Numbered from the stretch's first letter, positions 9,300 through 20,891 are shown. The stretch: DNA of 56,904 bases from an uncultured Bacilli bacterium (GCA_947628435.1 CANQZW010000001.1:78013-134916), one strand, 5' to 3'. Notes: generated by a model not told the origin, from the letters alone. Made by a program: numbers and translations.

Positions 9300-10529
9300 A
9301 TGGACGAAAAAAAGAAAGTATCAAATAAAAAAAGTACTACTAAAAAAACTACTAACAAAGTTTCAAAAAAGTCTCCTGCAAAAAAGCAAGAAACAAATAA
9401 CATAAATAAAAAAACTGTTAGTAAGGCAAATGAAAAAAAAGCTGCTAGTGAAAAACAAGTAGTTGTAGAAAGCAAAAAAACTAAGATTAAAAAAGAATCA
9501 AAAATTAAAAAATGGTTTGATAATTTAACTTTAGAGCAAATAATAATTTCTGGAGTTATTATAATAGCTGTATTATTAATCATATTAATTTTTGTATCAA
9601 CTAAAAATACTAAAACAAAAAATGGTGATGATATAGTAGTTAGTGTTGATGGTAAAACTATAACTGCAAATGAATTATATACACAATTAAAAAAAGCAAA
9701 TGGTAAAGATGTTGCAATAAATTTAATTGATGAATACATTTTAAATAAAGAATATAAAACAACGGATGATATGAAAAAGCAAGCTGATGCAACTATTGAA
9801 AATTATAAGAGTACGTATTCTGATAATTTTGAAGCATTCTTAGAATACAACGGAATAAAAAGTGAAAGTGAATTAAAAGATCTTTTAATAAAAAATAGTA
9901 AATTAACTCTTGTTACTGAAAAATACATAAAAGATAATCTAACAGATAAAGAAATGAAAGAATATTATGAAAATAATATATATGGCGATATATCTGCAAA
10001 ACACATATTAATTTCATTTGATTATGAAGATGATGCAACTGATGAAGAAAAAGAAGCTAAAGAAAAAGAGGCTTTAGAAAAAGCAGAAGAAATAATTAAA
10101 AAACTTAAAAATGGTGAAGATTTTAGTGAGTTAGCTAAAAAATATTCAACTGATGACAACTCCAAAAAAAATGGCGGTGACTTAGGTTACTTTAATACTG
10201 GTGACATGGTTGAAGAATTTGAAAAAGCTGCATATAAACTTGATGTTAATGAATATACTACAACTCCAGTAAAAACTACTTATGGTTATCACATAATAAT
10301 GAAAACTGGGCAAAAAGAAAAACCAAGTTATGAAAAAGCTAAAGATACAATAATTGAAAAATTAGTAGAAGAAAAAAAAGAACAAGATACTACTATAAGT
10401 GTTAAAGCAATGATTAATTTAAGAGAAAAATACAAGATTAAAATAAAAGATAAAACCGTTAAAAAAGACTATAACAGCTATATAAAAGAAGCAACTACAA
10501 CAACGACTACTACATCAAGTAATAGTTAA
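9300..10529 (+). CDS. prsA: PrsA-like parvulin peptidyl-prolyl isomerase/foldase
   Basis: AKHILI, FSELAKKYSTD, GGDLGYF, KTTYGYHII; basic N-terminus then TM helix. Confidence 0.88.
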   Translation: MDEKKKVSNKKSTTKKTTNKVSKKSPAKKQETNNINKKTVSKANEKKAASEKQVVVESKKTKIKKESKIKKWFDNLTLEQIIISGVIIIAVLLIILIFVSTKNTKTKNGDDIVVSVDGKTITANELYTQLKKANGKDVAINLIDEYILNKEYKTTDDMKKQADATIENYKSTYSDNFEAFLEYNGIKSESELKDLLIKNSKLTLVTEKYIKDNLTDKEMKEYYENNIYGDISAKHILISFDYEDDATDEEKEAKEKEALEKAEEIIKKLKNGEDFSELAKKYSTDDNSKKNGGDLGYFNTGDMVEEFEKAAYKLDVNEYTTTPVKTTYGYHIIMKTGQKEKPSYEKAKDTIIEKLVEEKKEQDTTISVKAMINLREKYKIKIKDKTVKKDYNSYIKEATTTTTTTSSNS

Positions 10530-10558
10530 AAAATCAGTTCAAAAAGAACTGATTTTTT
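10528..10558. terminator. bidirectional terminator prsA/recX
   Basis: AAAAATCAGTTC-AAAAA-GAACTGATTTTT between convergent genes. Confidence 0.8.
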
Positions 10559-11325
10559 TAATTTTCAATTATAATCTGTGATATATCTTTTTTTGTATAA
10601 CCTTTAGAGTATAATTTTTGACTTATAATATATTTAAGATTATCCTCTTCATACTTATCCTTATACTTATTATAAATTTTAATATAATCTTTTTTTAATT
10701 TATTTTTATCTGAGGTAAGTTCATACTTAGAAAGCTCTTTTAATATCATATCCTTGTCATATCCTAAATTTATAAAATAATTAATTAATTTTAATTTAAT
10801 ACTATTAGAACTACCTTTTTTTATTTTTATTTGTTTAGAAATTAAGTTAGAAAGTTTTTCTTCAACTTTTTTTTGTTCTATATTTTTTATTACCTCATTT
10901 ACTATATCGTTACAAATCCCATATTTTACTAAAGATTGCTTTATTTTATAAGGTCCCCAATTAGATAATAGCATTTGATCATTTGCGTATAAAACGGCAA
11001 ATTTAAAGTCATTAATGTATCCTTCTTTTTCTAATTTATCTATTATTATATTTATAAGTTTATCTGATATATTTTTATTTTCTAAGTATTTTTTAACTTC
11101 TTTTTTACTTCTTATTCTAATAGAAATAAAGCGAATTGCTATTTGATAAACATAAACTTGATCATTTTGTTTAATTAATTTTTTTAATAACTCATCAGTT
11201 ATTTCTTTAGTTATCAATAAATTATTTTCTAAAATAACATCTTCAAATAATAAAATGTCACTACCATTGTCAAAATATATTTTATATTTGCCTTTAGTCA
11301 TTTTCTTAAATTTAAGTATTTTCAT
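10558..11325 (-). CDS. recX: RecX regulatory protein
   Basis: AIRFISIRIRSKKEVKKYL, GYINDFKFA, GPYKIKQSL...GI; long Firmicutes-type form. Confidence 0.88.
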   Translation of the reverse strand: MKILKFKKMTKGKYKIYFDNGSDILLFEDVILENNLLITKEITDELLKKLIKQNDQVYVYQIAIRFISIRIRSKKEVKKYLENKNISDKLINIIIDKLEKEGYINDFKFAVLYANDQMLLSNWGPYKIKQSLVKYGICNDIVNEVIKNIEQKKVEEKLSNLISKQIKIKKGSSNSIKLKLINYFINLGYDKDMILKELSKYELTSDKNKLKKDYIKIYNKYKDKYEEDNLKYIISQKLYSKGYTKKDISQIIIEN

Positions 11326-11354
11326 AAAAACCTCCATAAGAAAAAAACATAATA

Positions 11355-11549
11355 CTATTTAATATGTATTAAGTCTTCCATAACCTCTTCAAGTACCCTA
11401 CCTATGTTTTTACTACATTTATACTTACTTTCAGGCATTTGATAATGACCAGTTTCTGCCATTTGTTTAGATCTTTTAGCAGCAACTTGTACTAACAAAT
11501 ATTTTGACCCTACTTTTGTAAGTAACTTATCTATTGATGGATAAATCAC
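11355..11549 (-). CDS. rpoZ: RNA polymerase omega subunit
   Basis: YPSIDKLLTKVGSKYLLVQVAAKRSKQM; GTG start after GGGAG. Confidence 0.92.
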   Translation of the reverse strand: MIYPSIDKLLTKVGSKYLLVQVAAKRSKQMAETGHYQMPESKYKCSKNIGRVLEEVMEDLIHIK

Positions 11550-11617
11550 TAATATCACACTCCCTATTATTAGTATATATCAAGTGTAATATAAATATCA
11601 ATAGATTGTACAATATT

Positions 11618-12352
11618 TTACATTTTTTTATTTTTTTCTATTCCTAAAACATCTTTGGTAACCATTTCGTATAAATTATTAAAGTGCTCAAAACTACCAT
11701 GTTCTGTTTTAGCTATTTCATTGCATTGCTTATTTATACCTGCTAATATATATGGCTTTAAGTAATCACTATAACTTTCTATTGCGGACATAAATACCTC
11801 GGGATTACTATCTTTACTAAACTCATATAGTTTTTCCATTGCATCATTGAAATTAACCATTTCATCAGTTTCATTATTTTCAGTTACTTCGCAAAACCTT
11901 TCCCAAAGTTTTCTTCTATCACTTACTGATAAGATTAATGTATCTAGTCCAAAAATAATTTCTAAAATAGCAAATAACTTATCATTAGGAGTATAGTCAT
12001 CTAATTCTACCCGTTTTGGATTACCATACTTAGTTTCAATTAAATATGTATTTATAATTGTTGATATTGCATTATTATCTTTAACAGACTCAACTAAAGC
12101 ATCATGAAGCTTTTCCTCTTCGTGTAATCCAGTTTCATCATTACAAATGAATCTTAAAGCTTCTAAATTTTCTAGTGCTTTTAGCGCAAATTTATTATCA
12201 AATTCTCCATTGTCAAAAGTAAAAATTTCTATAAAACTATCAAGGTGTCCAATATACAATATAAAATCCTGAAAAGAATCTGTTTTCTTTAGTTTATCCT
12301 CTATTATTTTATAAGCAACGGCTTTGTTATATTTTCTATTACCATATTCCAT
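11618..12352 (-). CDS. hypothetical protein (acidic, helical)
   Basis: 244-aa ORF with GGGAG RBS; no motif recognised. Confidence 0.7.
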   Translation of the reverse strand: MEYGNRKYNKAVAYKIIEDKLKKTDSFQDFILYIGHLDSFIEIFTFDNGEFDNKFALKALENLEALRFICNDETGLHEEEKLHDALVESVKDNNAISTIINTYLIETKYGNPKRVELDDYTPNDKLFAILEIIFGLDTLILSVSDRRKLWERFCEVTENNETDEMVNFNDAMEKLYEFSKDSNPEVFMSAIESYSDYLKPYILAGINKQCNEIAKTEHGSFEHFNNLYEMVTKDVLGIEKNKKM

Positions 12353-12418
12353 AATTCTTCTCCCATATTACTTTATAAGTATATCATAAAAAGAAAAAAA
12401 TTCCTAGATAGGAATTTT

Positions 12419-12694
12419 TTAGAAATTTTGTCCGCTGCAACCTGGATCTATATTAGTTACTGTATTTTCTTCTGAGCATGTATATTCTGGTCTGTAAGTA
12501 TGTTCTATTATATGATTATTAATAACTCTAGTATGTATAGGACAAACATGTTCTACTTGATGACATATATTTCTTTCTACACATCTTTCGATTGTTGGTT
12601 CTATAATTGGTCCACATCCACATGGATCTTGATTACAGCATCCTTCTTGTTGCCAATTGTTTTGGCAGCAACATTTGTTATTATTAAAAAACAT
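12419..12694 (-). CDS. CotD-like Cys/His-rich spore coat protein
   Basis: PIIEPTIERCVERNICHQVEHVCPIHTRVINNHIIEHTYRPEYT parallels CotD (PIVHPT...VPHIHP.HTT.VNH); GGGGGA RBS; CATACTATA -10-like element upstream. Confidence 0.7.
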   Translation of the reverse strand: MFFNNNKCCCQNNWQQEGCCNQDPCGCGPIIEPTIERCVERNICHQVEHVCPIHTRVINNHIIEHTYRPEYTCSEENTVTNIDPGCSGQNF

Positions 12695-12774
12695 TTAAAA
12701 TCCCCCTTACCTACTTTATAGTATGAGAGTTTTAAATGTTTGAATAGGTTATTGTTTAATAAATCAATTTATTT

Positions 12775-14082
12775 TCAAAATGGTAACTTTAAATTTCCGT
12801 TTTTCATCATTTTCATCATTTTTTGCATTTGTTCAAACTGATTTAATAATTTATTTACATCTTGTACGCTACTACCACTACCTGTTGCTATTCTTTGCTT
12901 TCTTGATGCTTTTATAATATCAGGATTCTTTCTTTCCTTTTTTGTCATTGATGATATTATGGCCTCAAGTTTTGAAAATTGTTTTGGATCTATACTTATA
13001 TTATTTAATCCCATTTTTCTAGCACCTGGTAGTAATTTAAGTAAATTTTCTAATGGCCCTAATTTTTTTATTTGTTTTAACTGAGCTAAAAAATCTTCTA
13101 AATCCATTTTTCCAGCTTGTATCTTTTTTGCCACTGACATAGCCTCTTTTTCATCAATAACACTTTCTGCTTTTTCTATTATTGACATTATATCGCCATT
13201 TCCTAATATTCTAGATACCATTCTTTGAGGGTTAAAATAATCTAAACCATCTAACTTTTCAGATACACCGATAAATTTAATTGGAACACCAGTTAAATGC
13301 TTAGCCGATAAAGCAACACCACCTTTAGTATCACCATCCATTTTAGTTAAAATAGTTCCAGTAAGAGGTAAAGCATCATTAAAACCGTTTATTACGTTTA
13401 TTGCATCTTGTCCTATCATTGCATCAATTACTAATATGATTTCACCAGGATTTACTTTTTCTTTAATATTTTTTAACTCTTGCATAAGTTCATTATCAAC
13501 ATGTAAACGACCCGCAGTATCTATTAAAACTAAATCATGATTATTTTCCTTAGCATACTTAATTCCATTTTCTACGATTGAAACAGCATCTGATTGTCCT
13601 TGTTCATACACTTTTATATTTAACTGTTTTCCAATGGTTTTAAGTTGTTCAATTGCTGCTGGACGATAAACATCTGCTGCTATAAAAAGAGGGTTTTTAC
13701 CATTTTTCTTTCTAAGTAAATTACCTAATTTACCAACGGTTGTTGTTTTACCACTACCTTGAAGACCTATTAACATGATAATTGATGGGTTACCTGACAA
13801 ATTAAGTTCAGCCTTATCATTACCTAACAAATTTAATAATTCATCTTTAAGAATCTTTAAAAATACATCTGCTGGTTTTAATGATTTTTTAACTTCCTCA
13901 CCTAATGCTTTTTGTTTAACATTATTAGTAAACTCCTTAACTACTTTATAATTAACATCAGCCTCTAATAAAGCAAGACGCACCTGCCTTAATGCGCCAG
14001 ATATATTCTCTTCAGTAATTACCCCATATCCTCTTATTTTACTTACCGCATTTTCTATTTTTTCAGTTAAACTTTCAAACAT
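12775..14082 (-). CDS. ffh: signal recognition particle protein Ffh
   Basis: ALLEADV, GLQGSGKTTT, DTAGR, TKMDG, Met-rich M domain. Confidence 0.98.
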   Translation of the reverse strand: MFESLTEKIENAVSKIRGYGVITEENISGALRQVRLALLEADVNYKVVKEFTNNVKQKALGEEVKKSLKPADVFLKILKDELLNLLGNDKAELNLSGNPSIIMLIGLQGSGKTTTVGKLGNLLRKKNGKNPLFIAADVYRPAAIEQLKTIGKQLNIKVYEQGQSDAVSIVENGIKYAKENNHDLVLIDTAGRLHVDNELMQELKNIKEKVNPGEIILVIDAMIGQDAINVINGFNDALPLTGTILTKMDGDTKGGVALSAKHLTGVPIKFIGVSEKLDGLDYFNPQRMVSRILGNGDIMSIIEKAESVIDEKEAMSVAKKIQAGKMDLEDFLAQLKQIKKLGPLENLLKLLPGARKMGLNNISIDPKQFSKLEAIISSMTKKERKNPDIIKASRKQRIATGSGSSVQDVNKLLNQFEQMQKMMKMMKNGNLKLPF

Positions 14083-14091
14083 TTTATCTCC

Positions 14092-14388
14092 TTAATTAAA
14101 TATTTTCTTAATTTTATTTTTTAAATTTTCATCTTCTATACTTTCTAATATATTATTAATTTCTTTTTCTTTTTGACACAATTTTAATTTATCTTCAAAA
14201 AATAAAAGCTTATTTTCCGTACTTTTAATATGCTTATGAACTGCATTACGACTTATTTTAGCATTATCTGCTATCTCACTTAATGATAGATTATCAAAAT
14301 AATAATCCTCAAAATACTTTTTATTATCTTCGTTTAATAATTCACCATAATAATCATATAAAATAACTAAATAATTTCTTTGATTCAT
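14092..14388 (-). CDS. ylxM: YlxM (UPF0122) HTH protein
   Basis: LYDYYGELL...YYFDNLSLSEIA...SRNAVH; canonical position before ffh. Confidence 0.9.
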   Translation of the reverse strand: MNQRNYLVILYDYYGELLNEDNKKYFEDYYFDNLSLSEIADNAKISRNAVHKHIKSTENKLLFFEDKLKLCQKEKEINNILESIEDENLKNKIKKIFN

Positions 14389-14389
14389 A

Positions 14390-15361
14390 TTACATCATAT
14401 CCTTAAATAATCCATATATATATTTTTCAATATCAAATACCTGTAAATCCTCTTGTTTTTCTCCTAAACCAATATATCTTACAGGTACGTCTACTTCTTG
14501 TTTAATAGCTAAAACTATCCCACCTTTGGCAGTACCATCTAACTTAGTTAAAATTATTCCGGATAAATTTGTAATTTCCTTAAAAGCTTTAGCTTGGCTA
14601 ATACCATTTTGACCAGTTGTTGCATCTACTACTAAAAATGTTTCATGCGGAGAACCTGGTATTATCTTTTGTGCTACATTATTTATTTTTTCTAATTCTT
14701 TCATTAAGTTAACTTTATTTTGCAACCTACCTGCTGTATCTATTAAAACAACATCAAACTTATCTTCTAAAGCTTTGGTTAATCCTTTATAAACAACACT
14801 AGCAGGATCAGATGTATTAGTATCACTTACTAATTTACAACCTATTTTTTTTGACCATGCATCAAGTTGCTCAACCGCACCTGCTCTAAAAGTATCTGCT
14901 GCAACTAATAAAACTTTTTTACCTTCTTCTTTAAACTTGCTAGCTAATTTAGCAATTGTAGTTGTTTTTCCAACACCATTTACACCAACAAATAAAATAA
15001 CCGTTACACCATCTTTGTTATAATTAATTTTATTTGTTAATATCTGATCATTTACGTAAATTATAAATAACTCATCAACTATAATTTCAGTTAACATAGC
15101 AGGATCAGTTATATTTTCTTTAGTAACCCTAAGTTGTAATTTGTCCATAAAATCCATTACTGTTGAAACACCAATGTCAGCATTTATTAATAACTCTTCT
15201 AACTCTTCAAAATAATTATCATTTATTTCGCTATATTCCTTAGATAAATTAGCCAATTTATCAACAAAACCCTTTCTTGTTTTTGAAAGACCTTTTTCAT
15301 ATGTTAGAACACTTTTATCTTCTTTTTTAAACGCACCTTTTATCTTACTAAATATTCCCAT
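14390..15361 (-). CDS. ftsY: SRP receptor FtsY
   Basis: GVNGVGKTTTIAKLA, DTFRAGA, DTAGR, TKLDGTAKGG; probable start MGIFSK at 15361. Confidence 0.97.
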   Translation of the reverse strand: MGIFSKIKGAFKKEDKSVLTYEKGLSKTRKGFVDKLANLSKEYSEINDNYFEELEELLINADIGVSTVMDFMDKLQLRVTKENITDPAMLTEIIVDELFIIYVNDQILTNKINYNKDGVTVILFVGVNGVGKTTTIAKLASKFKEEGKKVLLVAADTFRAGAVEQLDAWSKKIGCKLVSDTNTSDPASVVYKGLTKALEDKFDVVLIDTAGRLQNKVNLMKELEKINNVAQKIIPGSPHETFLVVDATTGQNGISQAKAFKEITNLSGIILTKLDGTAKGGIVLAIKQEVDVPVRYIGLGEKQEDLQVFDIEKYIYGLFKDMM

Positions 15362-16283
15362 ATGTATCTTCATCCTCTTTTCTATCAAGTTGCTTAATAC
15401 CAATTATAATATTAATTATATCATTTACGAAAGTAAAATCTAAATTACCACTCTCAATTTGATCATTAATATTAGTAAGTAAATTTGTTAAATCTAAAAA
15501 TTCCGCCGTACTTGATAAATCATTTACGTCATTATTAAAAAATTTTTTAATCTTATCATTTAAAACACCATGTTCATAATTTATATTAAAATCAGCACAA
15601 AATATTAAAATCATCAATATTAATATAGAATATAATTTATAATCTTTAAATTGTTTATCACCACATATTTGTTTTATTATACTATCTGGTAATTTATCTT
15701 TATTATTTAATAATTTTGTTGTAATTATTTCATCATTTTTTAACTTATCATTACTATATCCTATGTATATACCATAATAAACAATATACATAATTTGTTT
15801 ATTATAAGTATCCCCAATATCTAAAAAGGATAAGAGACGATTAGCATCATAAACTTTTGCATCATTTAACATTTGCTTTATAATAAAAATTGATCTTAGC
15901 ATAATTGCAGCTTGCATCTTAATAGAAAAATCTTTTTCCAAAGTTTTCCTTAAATCAAAAATTTTATCATAAAACCTTTGTAATGAATTACTATTACATA
16001 AATTTTTAAAATTATTTATTATGTACAATGATATTAACTGTTCAATATCGTTTTTATCATCTAATTTTGATACGTCATTTTTTAAATTATCTAAAATTAA
16101 ATTATAAAGATTTTTAGTATCTTTTAACATATTATATAATTTTTTTGTTTTTTGATTAACATCACTTTCTTTTACTTGACTATAAAAATTATTATAATCA
16201 AGGATTGCTTTTGCCAAAAAATCTTTTTCTGATAATTCTTTTAAAGCATCTTTAATTAATCTATAATTTAAAAATTGATTCAT
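15348..16283 (-). CDS. hypothetical protein coupled to ftsY
   Basis: 311-aa ORF whose end overlaps the ftsY start; no motif recognised. Confidence 0.7.
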   Translation of the reverse strand: MNQFLNYRLIKDALKELSEKDFLAKAILDYNNFYSQVKESDVNQKTKKLYNMLKDTKNLYNLILDNLKNDVSKLDDKNDIEQLISLYIINNFKNLCNSNSLQRFYDKIFDLRKTLEKDFSIKMQAAIMLRSIFIIKQMLNDAKVYDANRLLSFLDIGDTYNKQIMYIVYYGIYIGYSNDKLKNDEIITTKLLNNKDKLPDSIIKQICGDKQFKDYKLYSILILMILIFCADFNINYEHGVLNDKIKKFFNNDVNDLSSTAEFLDLTNLLTNINDQIESGNLDFTFVNDIINIIIGIKQLDRKEDEDTYGNI

Positions 16284-16404
16284 ATTTGCTCACCAACCAG
16301 TTAATATTATATCAAACAATAGACAAAAGTTCAAAAAAATAGTATAATCTTTTCGTTAATTCTTTTTTGATTATTAACTATATAGAAAGGAGTTATAAAT
16401 ATAA

Positions 16405-18084
16405 ATGAAAATTTTTAATACTAATCGTGCAGAAACATTAGTAGTAGCATTAGGCGGTTTAGGTGAAGTCGGTAAAAATATGTATGTAATAATGCACGAT
16501 GATGAAATAATTATTATTGATGCAGGAGTAATGTTTCCTAAAGATGAATTAATGGGTATTGACTATGTGATTCCAGATTTTTCTTTTCTTAAAAAAAACG
16601 AAGATAAAATAAAAGCACTTTTTATAACCCATGGCCATGAAGATCATATTGGTGGTATTACGTTTTTATTACAAACGGTAAACATACCATTTATATATGC
16701 TCCAAACCAAGCTTGTGGTTTAATAAAAAGAAAGTTAGTAGATAGAAATATAAGTTATGATAATTTAAAAACTTATAATGAAAATACAAAAGTAAAATTT
16801 AAATATTTTACCGTTGAATTTTTTGCAACTACTCACTCGATACCGGATTCACATGGTATTATAATTAGTACCCCAAATGGAAAAATAGTTGAAACAGGAG
16901 ATTTTAAATTTGATTTAACACCAATTGGACCTATGAGTAACATTCATAAAATGTCAGATACAGGAAAATCTGGTGTAAGATTACTAATGAGTGAATCAAC
17001 TAACGCTTTATCTTCAGGATTTTCAATGAGCGAATCAAAAGTTGAAGAAGAATTACAAGAAATATTTGAGAAGAAAAAAGGAAGAATTATAGTAGCTACT
17101 TTTGCATCTAACATATATAGGTTAAAGCATATTGTTGAAACTTGTAAAAAAAATAATAGAAAAATAGCTTTATTTGGAAGAAGTATGGAAAATAATATTG
17201 AAATATCTATTGAAGGTGGTTATATAAATGATGATAAAATTTTTGTATCACCAGAAGTTGCAAACACCCTTCCTAAAGAAGAAATATGCCTACTTTGCAC
17301 TGGATCACAAGGAGAACCTTTAGCAGCTTTATCACGAATTGCAAATGGCACTCATAAACAAATAAAATTAATGCCAACTGATACTGTTATATTCTCTTCT
17401 AACCCTATTCCAGGTAATAACGCTAGTGTTGCTAAGACTATAAACCAACTATATTTACAAGGAGTTGAAGTCTTTGTAAATAATTCTGAAAATGAAATAC
17501 ATACATCAGGACATGCTAATCAAGAAGAATTAAAATTAATGATAAGATTATTAAAACCAGAATATTTCATGCCTATTCATGGTGAATATAGAATGTTAAA
17601 AGCACATCAAGATCTAGCAATAGATTGTGACATACCAAAAGAAAAAACTTTTCTACTAGAAAATGGTGACGTTCTTGCACTAAACAAAAAAGAAATTAGA
17701 AAAGTCGGAAATATAGGTGTAGATGATGTATATGTTGACGGAAATAGAATTGGTGATATAGGAAACATCGTAATTAGAGATAGAAAAATAATGGCTAATG
17801 ATGGTATATTAGTTGCAATATGTAACATTAATATGGAGACACATAAATTATTAGGTAAAATAAACATAACAACAAGAGGATTTATTTTAGTAAATGAAAA
17901 TGAGGCATTACTAAATGAAATTGAACAAGTTGCAACAAACGTAGTAAATAGTGAATTAAATAAAAGAAATGTAAATTATAGTGAATTAAAAGGACAAATA
18001 ATTAGTAATTTATTAACATTTGTTTTTGAAAAAACTGGTAGAAGACCAATTATATTACCAGTAATACTAGACATTAAAAAATAG
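16405..18084 (+). CDS. rnj: ribonuclease J
   Basis: LGGLGEVGKNM, THGHEDHIGG, GDFKFD, HTSGHA, PIHGEYRML. Confidence 0.97.
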   Translation: MKIFNTNRAETLVVALGGLGEVGKNMYVIMHDDEIIIIDAGVMFPKDELMGIDYVIPDFSFLKKNEDKIKALFITHGHEDHIGGITFLLQTVNIPFIYAPNQACGLIKRKLVDRNISYDNLKTYNENTKVKFKYFTVEFFATTHSIPDSHGIIISTPNGKIVETGDFKFDLTPIGPMSNIHKMSDTGKSGVRLLMSESTNALSSGFSMSESKVEEELQEIFEKKKGRIIVATFASNIYRLKHIVETCKKNNRKIALFGRSMENNIEISIEGGYINDDKIFVSPEVANTLPKEEICLLCTGSQGEPLAALSRIANGTHKQIKLMPTDTVIFSSNPIPGNNASVAKTINQLYLQGVEVFVNNSENEIHTSGHANQEELKLMIRLLKPEYFMPIHGEYRMLKAHQDLAIDCDIPKEKTFLLENGDVLALNKKEIRKVGNIGVDDVYVDGNRIGDIGNIVIRDRKIMANDGILVAICNINMETHKLLGKINITTRGFILVNENEALLNEIEQVATNVVNSELNKRNVNYSELKGQIISNLLTFVFEKTGRRPIILPVILDIKK

Positions 18085-18111
18085 GAATTTTTTATTAATT
18101 CCTATTTTTTT
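18077..18111. terminator. bidirectional terminator rnj/pnp
   Basis: AAAAATAGGAAT...ATTCCTATTTTTT inverted repeat. Confidence 0.75.
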
Positions 18112-18121
18112 ATAAAAATTA

Positions 18122-20299
18122 TTATTCTGATTTACGGTCTTTTTTATTTTCATCATTTATTTTGTCTTTAACTAAAACATCTTTTCTTGATAAATTAAGT
18201 TTACCATTTTTAAATCCCGTAGCTTTTACAATTATTTCATCGCCTTCTTTTACTACGTCAGATGTTTTTACAACCCTTTTATCTGATAATTGGGAAATAT
18301 GTACTAATCCCTCGCAACCTTCCCATAATTCAACAAAGCAGCCTAATTCATCAATTACTTTTACTACACGTCCGGTATATATTTTACCAATTTCTACTTC
18401 TTTTACAACGTTTTTAATCATTTGGGCAGTACGATCAATTATATCTTGATTAGTATGATAGATTATTACTTTTCCATCCTCTTGAATATCTACTTTAACA
18501 GCGTTAATATCAGTTACGGTTTGTACGTTTGAAGATTCAAGAATTATCTTTGTAATCATTTCTCCACCCTTACCAATAACATCTTTTATTTTTAATGGGT
18601 CTATTTCAAATGTCATCGTTTTAGGTGCATACTTACTTACCTCTTTTCTTGGTTCTTTAATTTGTTTTGTTATTGTCTTTAATATTTCCATTCTAGCTTT
18701 TTTAGCTTGAGCTAGTGCTTCTTTTAAAATATTTTTAGTAATACCTTTAATTTTAATATCCATTTGCAGTGCACAAATACCATCTTTAGTACCTGCTACT
18801 TTAAAATCCATATCACCTAAATGATCTTCCATACCTTGAATATCAGTTAAAATTGTATAATCATCATTATCAGTTATAAGTCCCATTGCAATACCTGCAA
18901 CTGGAGATTTAATTGGAACACCAGCAGCCATAAGAGCCATGCAACCTGCACAAATAGATGCTTGCGATGAAGACCCATTTGATTCTAATATTTCTGATAC
19001 AACCCTTATTGTATAAGGAAATTCATCTTCTGAAGGAATAACCTGTAATAATGCTCTTTCTCCTAAAGCACCGTGACCTATTTCACGACGACCTGGAGCT
19101 CCATACCTTCCTGTTTCACCAACAGAAAATTGTGGGAAATTATAATGCAACATAAATCTTTTTTCATCTTCTGGTGATAACCCATCTATTATTTGATGTT
19201 CTCCTAAAGCTCCTAGTGTTACTACCGATAAACTTTGAGTTTCACCACGAGTAAACAAAGCAGAACCATGGGCTCTAGGAAGTAAGTCTATATCAGTTGA
19301 AAGAGGTCTTATTTCAGTCATTTTTCTTCCATCTGCTCTTTTCTTTTCCTTAACAACTATTTTCCTAAACACTTCATATTCAACTTTTTCTAAACATAAT
19401 TTAACCTTAGTTATTAACTCATTAAGTTCATCTTTATCTAACGATTCATTTTCATACTCAAATTTTGCTACTACATCTTCTTTTATCTTATCAATCGCAG
19501 CATATTTTTCTATCTTATCTTTAATACGCATTGCACCATCTAATGGTTCTTTAGCAAGAGCATAAATTTCATCTTTAAGTTCATCTGTTATTTCAAGAAC
19601 CTCATAATCCATTTTCTCTTGTCCAACTTCTTTTATTATTTTTTCCTCAAACTTAATAAGTTCTTTTACCGCATCATGTCCAAACATTAAAGCATCTAAC
19701 ATATCATCTTCAGATACTTCTTTTGCACCTGCCTCAACCATATTTATAGCATCAATTGTTCCTGCAACAGTTAAGTCTATATCACTTTCTTCTGCCTCAC
19801 TTACGGTAGGATTAATAATAAATTTACCATTAACCCTTCCTACTTTAACTCCCGCAATAGGACCATCAAACGGAATCTTACTAATTGATGTTGCCAAACT
19901 AGATCCAAGCATTGCAGTTAATTCTGGAGAATTATCAGGGTCAACTGATAATACGGTATTTACGATTTGAACTTCATTTCTAAAATTTTCTGGAAATAAA
20001 GGTCTCATAGGCCTATCTATCATTCTGGCTGCCAAAGTTGCAGCATCTGTTGGTCTTCCCTCCCTTTTAATAAATCCACCTGGTATTTTACCTACTGAAT
20101 ATAATTTTTCTTGATACAAAACCATAAGTGGGAAAAAATCAGATAATATATTAGCAGTTTTACTAACGCATACCGTAGATAAAACAACCGTATCACCATA
20201 TCTTACAAGTACTGCACCATGAGCTTGTTTAGCTAATTCACCTACTTCTACCGTTAAATTCCTTCCTTTAAATTCTGTTTGAAATATTCTTTTTTCCAT
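18122..20299 (-). CDS. pnp: polyribonucleotide nucleotidyltransferase
   Basis: [41 protein letters not shown] and S1 domains. Confidence 0.98.
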   Translation of the reverse strand: MEKRIFQTEFKGRNLTVEVGELAKQAHGAVLVRYGDTVVLSTVCVSKTANILSDFFPLMVLYQEKLYSVGKIPGGFIKREGRPTDAATLAARMIDRPMRPLFPENFRNEVQIVNTVLSVDPDNSPELTAMLGSSLATSISKIPFDGPIAGVKVGRVNGKFIINPTVSEAEESDIDLTVAGTIDAINMVEAGAKEVSEDDMLDALMFGHDAVKELIKFEEKIIKEVGQEKMDYEVLEITDELKDEIYALAKEPLDGAMRIKDKIEKYAAIDKIKEDVVAKFEYENESLDKDELNELITKVKLCLEKVEYEVFRKIVVKEKKRADGRKMTEIRPLSTDIDLLPRAHGSALFTRGETQSLSVVTLGALGEHQIIDGLSPEDEKRFMLHYNFPQFSVGETGRYGAPGRREIGHGALGERALLQVIPSEDEFPYTIRVVSEILESNGSSSQASICAGCMALMAAGVPIKSPVAGIAMGLITDNDDYTILTDIQGMEDHLGDMDFKVAGTKDGICALQMDIKIKGITKNILKEALAQAKKARMEILKTITKQIKEPRKEVSKYAPKTMTFEIDPLKIKDVIGKGGEMITKIILESSNVQTVTDINAVKVDIQEDGKVIIYHTNQDIIDRTAQMIKNVVKEVEIGKIYTGRVVKVIDELGCFVELWEGCEGLVHISQLSDKRVVKTSDVVKEGDEIIVKATGFKNGKLNLSRKDVLVKDKINDENKKDRKSE

Positions 20300-20356
20300 T
20301 ATTACATCTCCTTTTTATATAAAAAGACACCCAAAAAAGAGTGCCTACTTTTATTA

Positions 20357-20623
20357 TTACTTTCTTAATCCTAAACTCTTAATTAACACACGATATCTAT
20401 TAATATCAGTATTTTTAAGATAGTTTAATAAGTTACGTCTTTTACCAACCTTCATTAATAATCCTCTTTTAGAATGAAAATCGTGAATATTAACTTTTAA
20501 ATGTTCAGTTAAAACGTTAATTTCTTCTGTAAGTACAGCAATCTGAACCTCTGGAGAACCAGTATCACCTTCATGAGTTGCATACTTCTTAATTATAGCT
20601 TGTTTAACTTCCTTTTTTAACAT
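20357..20623 (-). CDS. rpsO: 30S ribosomal protein S15
   Basis: [13 protein letters not shown]...[23 protein letters not shown]. Confidence 0.98.
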   Translation of the reverse strand: MLKKEVKQAIIKKYATHEGDTGSPEVQIAVLTEEINVLTEHLKVNIHDFHSKRGLLMKVGKRRNLLNYLKNTDINRYRVLIKSLGLRK

Positions 20624-20647
20624 GTTTATTCCTCCTTATTTAAAATA

Positions 20648-20705
20648 TTCGCCTTACCTAAGAATATGGTTAGGAGTACTTTCCAATACCTGAGATAAGG
20701 TAACA
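20648..20705 (-). ncRNA. ribosomal protein S15 leader (autoregulatory RNA)
   Basis: 5' UTR with CCTTATCT...AGGTAAGG closing helix around inner stems, between a TTGCAT-N17-TATATT promoter (20711-20739) and the rpsO RBS. Confidence 0.6.
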
Positions 20706-20891
20706 ATAATAATATACACTTATTTTGCTAAATATGCAAGATTTTTTGAGATTTTTTATTATTTATTACTTTCTTATGTTGTTTTAACATCATAATCTAT
20801 TTAATAATTAAACTTAATTTCTTTTGTTTAGTTTAATTTATAAAAAGACAACTACTTAATATTAATACGATATAATTAGTTTAAAAGCTTA

